Assembly (NCBI RefSeq): GCF_004010195.1
Contig: NC_057718.1
Location: 100,134,806-100,196,409 of the forward strand
From: Chiloscyllium plagiosum
Lineage: Eukaryota
Length of the DNA: 61,604 nucleotides
Reading direction: 5' to 3'
Each line of letters opens with the position of its first letter. Position 1 is the first letter of the stretch. Under the pieces are notes generated by a model. It worked only from the letters and a program-made list of their open reading frames with translations, was not told the DNA's origin and did not search any database. Shown one piece after another: positions 24,889-37,589 of this stretch. The position numbers and the translations under genes are program-made.

Positions 24889-26374
24889 CAGATTTCTCCA
24901 GTTTCCTCATTTCCCCTCCCCCCACCTTGGCTCAGTCCCAACCCTTAAACTCAGCACCACCTTCCTAACCTGCAATCTTCTTCCTGACCTCTCCGCCCCC
25001 ACCTCCACTCCGGCCTATCACCCTCACCTTGACCTCCTTCCACCTATCGCATTTCCAACGCCCCTCCCCCAAGTCCCTCCTCCCTATCTTTTATCTTAGC
25101 CTGCTTGGCACACCCTCCTCATTCCTGAAGAAGGGCTTATGCCCGAAACATCGATTCTCCTGCTCCTTGGATGCTGCCTGACCTGCTGCGCTTTTCCAGC
25201 AACACTTTTTCAGCTCTGATCTCCAGCATCTGCAGTCCTCACTTTCTCCTAGAACATATTTAATTGGGCAGTTTTATTGTCCACAAACCCCACCTGCCTT
25301 CCAGTCTCTGCCAGAGTTAGGTTCAGCGCAGGAAGGCCCATGGTGACCTCACAATCCTATTGTCCAATGTGGCCCTTTAAGTGACCAATTCAGGACTTTG
25401 CCAGGGCCTCAGTCCCACTCTACTGGAATTAATGCAGCTCCAGTCAATATGTGGAGCTGAAATCAGTTCACCAACACCCCTCCCCCTACCCCTGTTGGTG
25501 GTAGGGTTTTGGGAGAGGGGAACACCCTCAATGAAACGCAGTCAGTGTATGACTGAGGGAGTGGGCACCAGGCCCAATCTTCCCCACCTTGTTCTAACAC
25601 CCAGATCCTCTTGCTTCAAAGGCGATCTTGTACTAGGGCATTGAAAAAGGAGGTCCCCTCAGAAACCCCGTCCTCTCCGCTCTCCCCCACTCCCTCCACT
25701 CCTTGCTAGTGACCCTCTCTCTACCCACCCTCACCTCCATCAATCACCAATTTCTACTGCTGTGCTCCCCACTGTCAGACCCTCAGTGGGCACTCTCCCA
25801 TCTCTGATTGGCTGGCACCTTTTGAGACGGCCATTTCTATCCAGCTGGGGCCTTCGAAGAGCGGAGTGGCCATCCAGGGAAGTGCCTGATGACCTGATCA
25901 TTGCAATGGGGGCTCCAGAGTGAGAGAGAGGGGGAAAGTGGGCTCCCACCAGATCTCCAAACATCAGACAAGACCCTCACCCTGGAGATCATTAAACCCT
26001 GCCCATTGTGCACCTCAACTTGAGGTTCTGGGGAATTTTGGAAGAATTATTATGTTAAAAACAGCTGTAAGTATTCAGCAGCTTCTGTATGAAGAGAAAG
26101 AGAGAGAGAGAGAGAGAAGCAGAGTTAATATCTCCCAGAAGGTGACCGTTGCTTGAAAAATGGGACAAGTTGGTGATGTTGACCTAGTGGGAAAGGACAA
26201 AAGGCAAAGTCAGTGATCAAGTGGAAGTAAAGCTGGAGGATTCAAATCACAAAAAAAAGGAGACAAGGCCCACAGAAATTGTCATACGAATAATCACTAT
26301 CCAAAACAAAGTAAAGGAAATAAGACAAGGAACAAGTAAAAGGTACACAAATCAAAACAGGAGACATGCTTTGT

Positions 26375-26500
26375 GATCCAGAAGTTGTTGAGCTCAGTGT
26401 TGAGGGCAGGTGACTGAAGAGAGCCAACTGGAAAGATAAGGTGCTGTGTTTCGAGTTTCTCAGGAGCCCTGCGGTGACAGAGAATGTGAAAAATGGCAGG
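26375..26500 (-). mobile_element. PLE GIY-YIG C-terminal remnant
   Basis: KLETQHLIFPVGSLQSPALNTELNNF, like LEEQHLIFRLGTLQP.GLN.EF. Confidence 0.65.
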
Positions 26501-26981
26501 CACGGCTGAACCCCAGGTGTCTCAGCGGAGGTGTTCCAGAGAGTGGTCAGCCCTGCCTGAACATGACCTCTCCAGCCCAGAGGTGACCACATCACCAACA
26601 GTGAATACCGTCACAGCAGCAAGTCAGTATCTGGAAGGGGTTAACCAACATCACGTGATAAACTCCGCCCATCAGGATGTAAAGGAGAAGCTAAGCATTT
26701 CAAGTTCCAGTGTGCAGGCAGTAATGATTTTGATGAAAGTCAGTGTGAGAAGGCTTCAGTAGCAGTAATGTGTAGAAACTCATACATATTTCATAAAGTC
26801 TTACCGAGGCATAATGTAACTTGCTGCAAATAAATTAACTTTATAAGTTAGAATAAACTTTTATTGGGAAGTTTGTCAAGAATGAATCTATTTTCTGCCA
26901 TAGATATCCTGCGAACGTTGTATTCACGAGGATTCATGAGGATTGGTGACAGGGGATACACACATGGCAGACCACTTGGTC

Positions 26982-27290
26982 CAGGTGGTAATGCCTGAGT
27001 GGTATTGTCACTAGACTGTTTATGTGGTGATGGCCCAGGTAATGCTCTAGAGAGCTGGGTTCAAATCCCACCACTGTCCATGGTAGAGTTTTAGTTTAAT
27101 AAATATCCCCCTGAATTAAGAGTCTAATAATGATCTTGAAACTCATGTCGATTGTTGGAAAAACCCATCTGGAGCATTAATATCCTTTAGGGAAGGAAAC
27201 TGCCATCCTTACCTGATCTGGCCTACATGTGACTCCAGGCCCTCAGCAATTTGCTTGCCTCTTAACTGTCCCCTCGGCAATAAATGTTCT
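26982..27290 (+). mobile_element. SINE family S1
   Basis: B box GGTTCAAATCCC and shared body. Confidence 0.8.
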
Positions 27291-27339
27291 GACATTTGAA
27301 GAGTGCATGTTTTCAAGGTTGTCAATATTCTAACCAGCC

Positions 27340-27640
27340 TTCCAGGGGAATCCAGATTCTCACCAACCCCTGTGTGGTAGCTGTTATCCTCAAATCCCCT
27401 CGAAATCTCCTGCCTTCACTTTAAATGATGCTCCCTCAATACTGACCCTTCAATGAAGTGGAACAGTTGCCTCCTATCCACCCTGTCAATGCCCCTCATC
27501 ATCTTATACACCTCTGTCAGTATCCCCCAACAGCCTTCTCTGCTCAAAAGACAACAGCGCGAGCTTATCCAGCCTCTCCTCATCGCCCCTTCCCAGGTAA
27601 CATCCTGGTGAATCTCCTCTGCGCCCAGTCGGCCTCTGCA
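27340..27640 (-). mobile_element. CR1 fragment
   Basis: LTEVYKMMRGIDRVDRRQLF. Confidence 0.75.
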
Positions 27641-27701
27641 CGTGTGAGTGTGTGAGTGTTTGTGCGTCTGTGTGTGTGTGTATGTGAGTGTGTGTATGAA
27701 T

Positions 27702-28968
27702 GTCATAGAGATGTACAGCATGGAAAGAGACCCTTCGGTCCAACCCGTCCATGCCAACCAGATATCCCAACCTAATCTAGTCCCACCTGCCAGCACCCGG
27801 CCCATATCCCTCCAAACCCTTCCTATTCATATACCATCCAGATGCCTTTTAAACGTTGTCATTGGACCAGCCTCCACCACATCCTCTGGCAGCTCATTCC
27901 ATACACATACCATCCTCTGCGTGAAAAAGTTGTCTCTTAGGTCTCTTTTATATCTTCTCCCTCTCACCCTAAACCTATGCCCTCCAGTTCTGGACTCCCC
28001 CACCCCAGGGAAAAGACTTTGTCTATTTATCCTATCCACATCCTTCATGATTTTATAAACCTCTATAATGTCACCCAGAGCCTCCGACGCTCCAGTGAAA
28101 ACAGCCCCAGCCTGTTCAACCTCTCCCTAGAGCTCAAATCCTCCAACCCTGGCAACATCCTTGTAAATCTTTTCTACACCCTTTCAGATTTCACAACATC
28201 TTTCCGATCGGAAGGAGACCAGAATTGCACACAATATTCCAACAGTGGCCTGACCAATGTCCTGTACAGCCGCAACATGACCTCCCAACTCCTGTACTCA
28301 ATACTCTGACCAATAAAGGAAAGCATACCAAAAGTCACCTTCACTATCCTATCTACCTGCGACTCCACTTTCAAGGAGCTATGAACCTGCACTCCAAGGT
28401 CTCTTTGTTCACCAACACTCCCCAGGTGTATCAGTCCTGCCCTGATTTGTTTTTCCTAAATGCAGCACCTCACATTTATATCTTCATTGAATAAGATTGT
28501 AGCGGGTTGTAACATAAGGCTGAAATGCCTTAACTGATATTTAAGATCAAAATGAATACAAGACAACATGTGCGCTTGTATTCCGTGAGATCTAACCTTG
28601 CTAACCAGTCTCCCATGGGGAGCCTTGTCGAATGCCTTACTGAAGTCCATATAGATCACATCTACTGCTCTGCCCTCATCAATCTTCTTTGTTTATACTT
28701 CAAAGAACTCAATCAAGTTTGTGAGACATGATTTCCCACGCACAAAGCCATGTTGACTATCCCTAATCAGTCTTTGCCTTTCCAAATACATGTACATCCT
28801 GTCCCTCAGGATTCCCTGCAACAACTTGTCCACCACCGATGTCAGGCTCACTGGTCTATAGTTCCCTGGCTTGTCCTTGCCACTCTTCTTAAACAGTGGC
28901 ACCACGTTAGCCAACCTCCAGTCTTCTGGCACCTCACCTGCGACTATCGATGATACAAATATCTCAGT
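27702..28968 (-). mobile_element. CR1/HER1 LINE, 5'-truncated, internally deleted RT
   Basis: [75 protein letters not shown]; tail at 27702. Confidence 0.95.
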
Positions 28969-28969
28969 A

Positions 28970-29940
28970 AGAGTGCATGTGTGTGTGTGTGTGCGTGTGC
29001 GCGTGTGTGTGAGAGCGTGTGCGTGTACGTGTGTGTGGGCATGTCTGTATGAGTGTGCATGTGTGTACACATGTGTGCGAATGTGCGCGTGTACATATGT
29101 GTGGGTTTGCACGTGTGTGCATGTGCCTGTGTGTGAACATGTGCGAGTGTGTATATGCATGTGTGTGTATGCATGTGTGTATCTGCATGTGTATGTGTGT
29201 GCGTCTGTGCACATGTGCATCATGTGTGTGTGCGTCTATGCACATGTGTGTCAAATGTGCGTGTGTGTGCATGTGTTTTTGCATGTACGTGCATGTCTGT
29301 GTGTGCACGTGTGTGTGTGCATATATGTGCATGTGTGTGTGTGCGTGTGTGTACATGTACGTGCTTGTGTGTGTGTGCGCGTGTGTGTGCATGTACATGC
29401 ATGTGTGTGCACGCGTGTGTGCATGTACATGCATGTGTGTGCATGCGCGTGTGTGTGTATGTATGTGCATGTGTGTGTCATCATGTGTGTGTGCATGTAT
29501 GTGCATGTGTGTGTGCGTGTGTGTGCATGTACGTGGATGTGTGTGTGCATGTTCGTGCATGTGTATGTGTGCGCATGTGCATGTATGTGCATGTTTGCAA
29601 CCTGTGCGCATGTGTGCGCATGTATGTGCATGTGTGTGTGTGTGTGCATGTACATGCATGTGTGTGTGCATGTACGTGCATGTGTGTGTGTGCACGTGTG
29701 TGTGCATGCATTTGCATGTATGTGCATGTTTGCACTTGTGCGCGTGTGTGTGCATGTATGTGCATGTGTGTGTGTGCGCGTGTGTGCATGTGCATGCATG
29801 TGTGTGCGTGCACGCGTGTATGCATGTACGTGCATGTGTGTGCGTGCGCGTGTGTATGCATGTATGTGCATGTGTGTGCGCGTGTGTGTGCATGTATGTG
29901 AGTGTTTGCGCCTGTGTGCATCGTGTGTATGTGTCTGTGT
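28970..29940. repeat. ~1-kb degenerate (TG)n/TGCA alternating purine-pyrimidine tract
   Basis: Direct inspection. Confidence 0.95.
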
Positions 29941-30231
29941 CTTGGCAGTGGGGGGGTGGGGCCGGGTGCGAGCGAAGACCCCACACCTTGACCAATCTGC
30001 CTTGTCCCCTGTACAATGGACCATGTAAAGGTATGGCCTTTTATTTACACATATTGTCCCTTTCCTTGGAGCAGACAGGAAATCTGCATTGTAGCTTGTC
30101 ACTGGGAAAATCCCATTCAGAGCAGGTTTCTGACATGGTTACCCGATATTTTACTAACTCCCTTCTCTCCGCTCCATAGCCAGGCGCTAGTGGAGTTCAT
30201 CATGAGGATTGTTTTCATTCGAAAAAAAGGA

Positions 30232-30447
30232 GATTGAGGGGGAACCTGATTGAGGTTTACAAAATCATGAAGGGTATAGACAGGGTGGATAGAGACAAGC
30301 TTTTTCCCAGGGTGAGGGATTCAATAACAAGAGGTCACGTGTTCAAGGTGAGGGGTAAAACGTTTAAGGGGGAAACACGTGGAAAGTACTTTACACAGAG
30401 GGTGGTGGGCATTTGGAACGAGTTGCCAGCAGAGGCAGTAGAGGGTT
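30232..30447 (+). mobile_element. CR1 ORF2 C-terminal fragment
   Basis: RGNLIEVYKIMKGIDRVDRDKLF..TRGH..RVVGIWNELP. Confidence 0.9.
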
Positions 30448-30794
30448 GAGGGTGTCTCTGGCCAACTCAGCATTTATTGCCCATCCCTAATTGCCCAGAG
30501 GGCCGTTTAAGAGGCAACCCCATTGCAGTGGGTTAAAACCCCACCAGAGTAGCTGGGGATGAGGGGCTTAAACTCAATTATTTTGGGCACATTAATGCTT
30601 CAGCATGTGGAACCTCAAAAACACTGCATGTTGCTCAGATAAAGGAGGAATCATGCATCATCACAATGTGAATGGCTCACGCTTGTTAGAAAGTGCACAT
30701 AACTACAGGGGGGACCTGTCCCTGCAGGTGAAAGAAATGTGCCTGGTATTAGACCTCCTTTGAGTTAGACAAAAACATTGGGGATAAGAATTCC

Positions 30795-31232
30795 TGACAA
30801 AAACAGAAGTTACTGGAAACGCTCAGCAGATCTGGCACACCTGTGGAGAGAAATCAGAGTTAGTGTTTTGGGTTGAGTGACCTTTCCTCATACCTGATGG
30901 TAGCCAGGAAAAGGATGCTATTTTATGCGGAAGAAAAGATGAGGGGTGGGGTAAAGAGTGGGGATAGAGCCCAAAGAATGAGTACAAGAGTTGGACAGAC
31001 AAAGGACTGGATAATGATCTGACTAGGAGGGTGAATAGCTGCTAATGAGGACTGTTAGTGGCTAACAATGGGTGATGGGTAATAGCAGACTGTATGATAA
31101 TAGGACTGTGGTGCTGGAAAAGCACAGCTTCTCATTCCTGATGAAGGGCTTTAGCCTGAAACATTGACTTTCCTGCTCCTCAGATGCTGCCTGACCTGCT
31201 GTGCTTTTCCAGCAACATACTCTCGACTCTGA
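30795..31232. mobile_element. PLE family E fragment (minus) followed by family A fragment (plus)
   Basis: AAAACAGAAGTTACTGGAAACGCTCAGCAG.. terminus; CTGATGAAGGGC..GAAACATT at 31138. Confidence 0.7.
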
Positions 31233-31812
31233 TAGAGTCATAGAGTCATAGAGATGTACAGCATGGAAACAGACCCTTTGGTCAAACCCATCCAAGCCGA
31301 CCAGATATCCCAACCCAATCTAGTCCCACCTGCCAGCACTCGGCCCATATCCCTCCAAACCCTTCCTATTCATATACCCATCCAAATGCCTCTTAAATGT
31401 TGCAATTGTACCAGCTTCCACCACTTCCTCTGGCAGCTCATTCCATATACATACCACCCTCTGTGTAAAAATGTTGCTCCTTAGGTCTCTTTTATGTCTT
31501 TCCCCTCTCACCCTCAACCTCTAGTTCGGACTCTCCCACCCCAGGGGTACAGCTGCAACATGACCTCCCAACTCCTGTACTCAGTACTCTGACCAATAAA
31601 GGAAAGCATACCAAACACCTTCTTCACTATCCTATCTACCTGCAACTCCACTTTCAAGGAGCTATGAACCTGCACTCCAAGGTCTCTTTGTTCAGCAACA
31701 CTCTAGGAACTTACCATTAAGTGTATAAGTCTTGCTAAGATTTGCTTTCCCAAAATGCAGGACCTCGCATTTATCTGAATTAAACTCCATCTGCCACTTC
31801 TCAGCCGATGGA
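31233..31812 (-). mobile_element. CR1/HER1 3' part with internal deletion
   Basis: (ATAGAGTC)n tail; WNELPEEVVEAGTIATFKRHLDG. Confidence 0.92.
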
Positions 31813-31832
31813 GTTTAATTCACCATAGTTTA

Positions 31833-32380
31833 ATTCTCTATAGCAATACCTCAACCAATTATGGTCTTGCAAACCAATCAGCACCCTTTACTTGAACAGT
31901 ATAAGTTGTTGTTCCCTTTGATCCCCAGAATCTGCAGTCCTCACTTTCTCCTGGTGTGTGGGGTTTGGGATAAGAACATGGGAGAGCTCAAGCCCTAAAG
32001 TTGTTGAACTCGATATTGAGTCGGGAGAGCTGCAGGGTCCCCAAGCGGAAAACAAGGTGCTGTCCTTCCAGCTTATGCTGAGCTTCACTGGAGCACTGCA
32101 GTAAGCCTGAGAGAGAGAGAGACATTGGCCAGGGAACAGGGTGGGGTGTTAATGTGGCAGGCACCTGGAAGCTCAGGGTCTTTTCCGTGGACAATAATTC
32201 CCTGGTGTATTCTCTATGGCAATACCTCAACCGATTATGGTCTTGCAAACCAATCAGCACCATTTACTAGAGTAGTATAAGTTGTTGTTCCCTTTGAAAT
32301 TTGGAATTCTTGCCATCTGCCCTGATATGAAAAGCTTCAAGAGACAGCCTCTTCTTTGCAGCATACTCTCAAGTTCTGTT
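31833..32380. mobile_element. Composite PLE fragments with 89-bp direct duplication
   Basis: 31833-31921 vs 32209-32297 (6 mismatches) flanking a minus-strand GIY-YIG end (KLEGQHLVFRLGTLQ..LNIEFNNF). Confidence 0.75.
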
Positions 32381-34389
32381 TTGCTGAGTTTGATTTTAAC
32401 GATGTCCGCAATCAGGGGGTGGGAGAGCCCACATGATTAATGCATTTATATCAGCGCCAAAGACCCTGAATGATAAAAATACAACTGAACAGGCCTCAAT
32501 AAAGGAGCTCAATCTTACAAGGAGATAAAAGTGCAATAAAATATTTCCTCAAGAAAAAAAGTTATTCAGAGTGAAAAGTCTGCAATTTAGAGAATATGTG
32601 GCTGGCTGCCAAACTACTGACAACACTTTGTTCATCTGCGGACGGAAAGATATATCCAGATATATTAAATATATATATATCTATTAGACGAGAAGAATTT
32701 GAGTGGCAAAGCAATTATTCACTTGAGTGACAAAGCAGATGAAGTGCAGTTACTCGGAACAACATCTGCTGTACGCAATTCACCAGGAGTTGAGTCACTG
32801 AGTGACAAAACTATGTTATTTTCAGAAATGGAAGGTTCAGGAGCTGGAAGCACTGAATGCGACACTGCATCTAATTGGCAAACCCAAAAAGCCTTGTAAT
32901 TAAGTCTTGCCCGTTGTCTAAGAGAACACGTTTGGTCATTAATTACAATATGCTTTATTACACGGGTCTTGTCACTCAGGCTTAGCTGAGTCAGAATGAT
33001 TTCCCTTCAGAAACTCGTCATTGGTAGAGAGAAAGAAAATTACCATTCGGTTCTTCAAAATATGGCACTTGCCTTCGGATGATGCCCAGGTTTTCTGTGA
33101 CTCATTGATAACTTTGTTTTTTTGAAATGATCAAACCTCAAAATGGGGCAAATTTCTCCTTGCCACCTCCCCCTGAGCTACTGGAGTGGGGCCTCTGATA
33201 GTAGGGGGCGGTGGTGAGGGAGAGTACATCCTTTACTCTGGGCACTCCCCAGGTTGGGAGCATGGTCTTTGGCAAGTGGAGGGCATGTGTGCCTATGGTC
33301 AAGGAGAAGGGACAGAACTTAGGCAGGAAGCCTCTGATTCTGGCTAGGGAAGCAGGGAGGGGAATAAGAGTAGGAGCCCTCGCCAGACTGAAAGATAGCA
33401 CCACTGAGCTGGAGGAGTCTCAGGGAGTGATGGAGATAAACAGAGAGAAGGGGCTGCAGCCAGGGGTTGGAGCTGAGTTCCAGACTGGTGGGTCAGCATT
33501 AAGGAGGCAGGGACACAGACCAAAGCCACTGAGGCTGGTTAGAAAGCTGGGAAATGGTAGGGGTGAGGGCCAACAGCTTCAGGAGACCCAGGTGGGCCAT
33601 CTGGACCAAACGGTTGAGATCGTGAGGCCATGGGGAGTAAAAGATCCTCTTCATTTCTGAGAGGCAAGATAATCAGCGTTACACAGTCACAGGAGGTTAG
33701 CATTAGGAGCCCCTCCTCCAGAGTTTATTACCCAGCTGGTTAAGAGTTAACCTCCTTAACAATGTCCTGGTGGATCAGCAACATTGGACAGAAATCCACT
33801 GGAAACAGTTCATCTCTCTACATTCAACTTTCACATTTGTCCTGAGGAATCCGAGAGGGGCATTGGATGGTTATCTGGATCGAAATGGTGCACAGCGAAA
33901 TGGGGGAAAGGCAGGGAGATTGGCACAATGGGATAGAATTAGTGCAGGCACAATGGGCTGAATGGCCTCCTACTGCACCATAACAATTCTGTGATCCTTA
34001 ATGTCTATAAAGATTTCTTGCCTACGGAATAAAGTTGCATTTATATAATATCTGTGCAGTTTAAATCACCCATACCATTTTGGCATTGTTGGCAGGTATG
34101 TAAAACACAGGGATCCAATAATCAAAACCTACCAAATTAAAGGGGGCACACCTGCACCATGACCCTGGTATTAATCTCAAGGAAATCCCAAAAGCAACAT
34201 GCACACATCAACTAACATTTAGTTGTGGGAATATGGCAATTCACCCCCACTCCTGTGCTGCCCCCCGAGTCACGGAAGATCTGAAGCTTACTGTCAGAGA
34301 CCTCCCTCTCCAAGGACACCCTGGCAAGATGTAACCATGGAAGAGTGGCTTGTAGAACCCTGCCAACACTCCACTGCCTGGACTTTGTA

Positions 34390-34796
34390 GGAATTTATAA
34401 AATCATGAGGGGCATGGACAGGGTAATTAGACAAGTTCTCTTCCCTGGGGTGGGGGAGTCCAGAACTGGAGGACAAAGGTTTATGGTGAGAGAGGAAAGA
34501 TTTAAAAGGGACCTAAGGGATAACATTTTCACGCAGAGGATGGTGCGTGTATGGAATGAGTTGCCAGAGGAAGTGGTCAAGGCTGGTATAATTACAACAT
34601 TTAAAAGGCATCTGGATGGGTATATGAATGGGAAGGGTTTAGAGGGTTATGGGTCAAGTGCTAGCAGGTGGGATTAGATTAGGTTGGGATATCTAAGTGC
34701 TAGCAGGTGGGATTAGATTAGGTTGGGATATCTGGTCTGCGTGGACGAGTTGGACTGAATGGTCTGTTTCCGTGCTGTACATCCCTATGACTCTAT
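34390..34796 (+). mobile_element. CR1/HER1 3' end with internal 39-bp tandem duplication
   Basis: YKIMRGMDRV..WNELPEEVV; 34656-34694 = 34695-34733. Confidence 0.92.
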
Positions 34797-35098
34797 GTCC
34801 TGTTCAGCCTCAACATGACCTCCCAACTCCTGTACTCAATGCTCTGACCAATAAAGGAAAGCATACCAAACGCCTTCTTCACTATCCTATCTACCTGTGA
34901 CTCCACTTTCAAGGAATTATGAACCTGCACTCCAAGGTCTCTTTGTTTAGCAACGCTCCCCAGGACCTTACCATTAAGTGTATTTGCTCTGATTTGCTTT
35001 CCCAAAATGCAGCACCTCACATTTATTGAAATTAAACTCCATCTGCCACTCCTCAGCCCATTGGTCCATCTGATCTAGATTCCGTTGTACTCTGAGAT
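34797..35098 (-). mobile_element. CR1/HER1 internal RT fragment
   Basis: QRDLGVQVHNSLKVESQVDRIVKKAFGML. Confidence 0.9.
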
Positions 35099-35519
35099 AA
35101 TCTGGGATATAAAGCTGATCTTTGTAACGCCAACCATGAAACTATCATTGAATGCCAGAATGCCATCTGGTTCACAAATTCCCTTTAGGGTAGGACTGCT
35201 CGCCTCAGTCTGGCTTACATGTAATTCCAGAGACAGATCAATGTGGTTGACCCTTAACTGCCCTCTGAAATGACCCGCTGAAACAAACCCATTCAGTCAC
35301 AAGTGCAGTTTTTGCCAGCAACATCCTGGGGAGGAACAATAATCATTTTGAGAGATGATGGTATTTTGCAAGCCTAGTAAGAGACAGAGAGGGGTTCAAC
35401 ACTAGAATTAAGTCCCTAGTCAATTAGGAGCAATTTTTGTCTATATAATTAGTTTGGTTCAATTAAGTTTGTCCTTTGAAGGTTTTTAATTTCAAAAGAT
35501 CAGAAAGTCAATGTGGAAC

Positions 35520-36170
35520 AGTGAGTTAAATACATCAACAATCCATCCTGGATTTCCCACGTAGATGCGACGGTCAAGAAGGGACAAGAACGCCTCTTCT
35601 TCCTCAGGCAGCTTAGGAAATTCAGCCTGTCCTTAAGGACTCTCACCAACTTCTTTGGATGTACCATAGAAAGCATATTGCCCTGGTATGTAATGGCCTG
35701 GTAGAGCAATGGCTCTGATCGAGACTGTAAGAAACTGCAGAAAGTTGTGTGCACAGTCCAGACCAGCATGGAAGCCAACCTCCTATCCATGGACTCCATT
35801 TACATGTCTCGTTGCCATGGAAATGCTGCCAGCATCATCAAAGATCCTTCCCACCCTGGTAATGCTCTCTTCCATCAGGCAGAAGATACAGAAGCTTGAA
35901 CACATGCATCAACAGGTTCAAGAACAGCTTCTTCCCGGCTGTTACCAGACTGCTGAATGGACTCTCTGATTCTAATGTTGATCTTGCTAATGTTGGTCTT
36001 GCTTCATGCCCCTCCTGTGCAGTGTAACCTTAAATGCTTCGCTCTGTCTAAGCACCCTATGATCTGTCCTTGCTTACTATGATCTGCCTGTACTGCTCGC
36101 AAAACAAAACCTTTCACTGTACTTAGGTACACATGACTAGAATAAATCAAATCAAATCAAATCAAATCAA
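35520..36170 (+). mobile_element. Rex1/Babar-type LINE 3' part
   Basis: VKKGQERLFFLRQLRKF..LTNFFGCTIESIL..KKLQKVV..KDPSHP..LPSGRRYRS..NSFFPAVTRLLN; (AAATC)n tail. Confidence 0.85.
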
Positions 36171-36184
36171 TTCTGAGAAAACAT

Positions 36185-36320
36185 CCACCACTATCACCTG
36201 ATGAAGGAGCAGCACTCCGAAAGCTAGTGTGCTTCCAATTAAACCTGTTGGACTATAACCTGGTGTTGTGTGATTTTTAACTTTGTACAACCCAGTCCAA
36301 CACCAGCATCCCCGAATCTT
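36185..36320 (+). mobile_element. PLE family B terminal fragment with TSD
   Basis: AGAAAACAT at 36176-36184 and 36321-36329. Confidence 0.85.
36195..36229 (+). ncRNA. Minimal hammerhead ribozyme (family B), intact
   Basis: CAC-CUGAUGA-A-GGAG CAGCA CUCC-GAAA-GCUA-GUG: stem I CAC/GUG, palindromic AGCU stem III, CUA triplet. Confidence 0.78.
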
Positions 36321-37589
36321 AGAAAACATGTAATTGTAGTTAAGCCTGGGAGAAACCCTGTGGTGTTAAATGGATAAAAATGTTTACACTGTTGTGTTTA
36401 TGACAGGACAGCCACTGCATGAATTAAATTTGCTTTAACTTCAGAATGGAAGGTTCTATGTTTTAGTTCTGTACACTCATGAGTTGAGTCCAGAAGCAGG
36501 TTTTAACTTTCTCTGAGCGGGAGAACCAGGCTCTTTAATTAATCCAGGGGCACCAGTCACCTCAGCAGGAGTGATTTCTCGCCAGTACAGCTCCCAAGTC
36601 AGGAGAGTTTGGATAGAAACCTTCAACTTGTTTAAAATGAGCAAGTTTAGGCCGTCCGAATTGTGAGAGGTTCATGCCAACTGACTCAAAAATAAATCAT
36701 GAAAAATAGGTCTCAGAATCCCAAGAGAAAGAAACTGGGAAACATTTGATAAGGATAGATTTGAAAAGCTAAGATGGAGTTGACATTCCTCTGGGATTGA
36801 GTCTCTGTAACAAATCGTACTGGAAAACAGGTCGAAATTTTTGTTTTCATGTTTCTTTATATACATGTTCTTTCTTTTGCGCTTTTTTTGTGTCATAAAT
36901 TAAGGCTCTGATGTTAAAGAACCAATGTCTGTAGCCTCATGTGAGTATGTTTCAGTAACTAACCGCCAAAATAACTCAGTGAAAAAATTAATATATAGTT
37001 TGGATTTAATATTGGGATCTGACTTGTCCTGTATTGTCATCAGCTGGGATTATAACAGTGAGTTTGTCTGTCTGCATGACTTCAGCTTTGTAGATGAACT
37101 GGTCAATGACTAGAAGCTGAATTTGTAATAAAACCCCAGTCGGTTGCTGATTCTTGACTGTGGAGTTCAGTCCCTAAGGTATAATGTATCCAATCTAAAA
37201 GAGATCTCTGTACAGACAGGCACAGCTCTTCAAGCAGCTCTGTCGAGAGAAAGGAGAGGGGGTTTTGGCCTTTGAACAAAATCAATATCAGCAGCTTGGC
37301 GCTGACAGTCTGATGCCCTCCCTGAGATTCCATCTGGAAATAAATCTCAGGATATCTATAGCTGAGAACGAGAAGAATCAATTGACAATGCACACAACAG
37401 TGTGGCACATTCAGCAGTCTCTGCTGTACCCAGCAGACCTCTGGGCAGTATCGTGTGGATCAGGGTTGACATCATAATAAAATAGTCAGCAGCCATGAGC
37501 AGCAAACATAGCCATCTCAACTCTTTATACAAAGTCAGAGCAAACCCTGCACCACTCAGAATTCACAATACTGTGCCCTGGGAACAGAC

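Larger units (their letters stand above)
24306..25252. mobile_element. PLE family A inverted element spanning a gap, 14-bp TSD
   Basis: AACATATTTAATTG at 24292-24305 and 25253-25266; inverted terminal repeats. Confidence 0.92.

Noticed and set aside
28871..30179. Overlapping 250-390 aa ORFs on both strands
   Set aside because: Stop-free microsatellite; only the CR1 RT portion is real homology
33211..33660. 149-aa ORF
   Set aside because: GTG start, no recognisable domain or splice signals; G-rich and resembles the repeat-like sequence at 1-170
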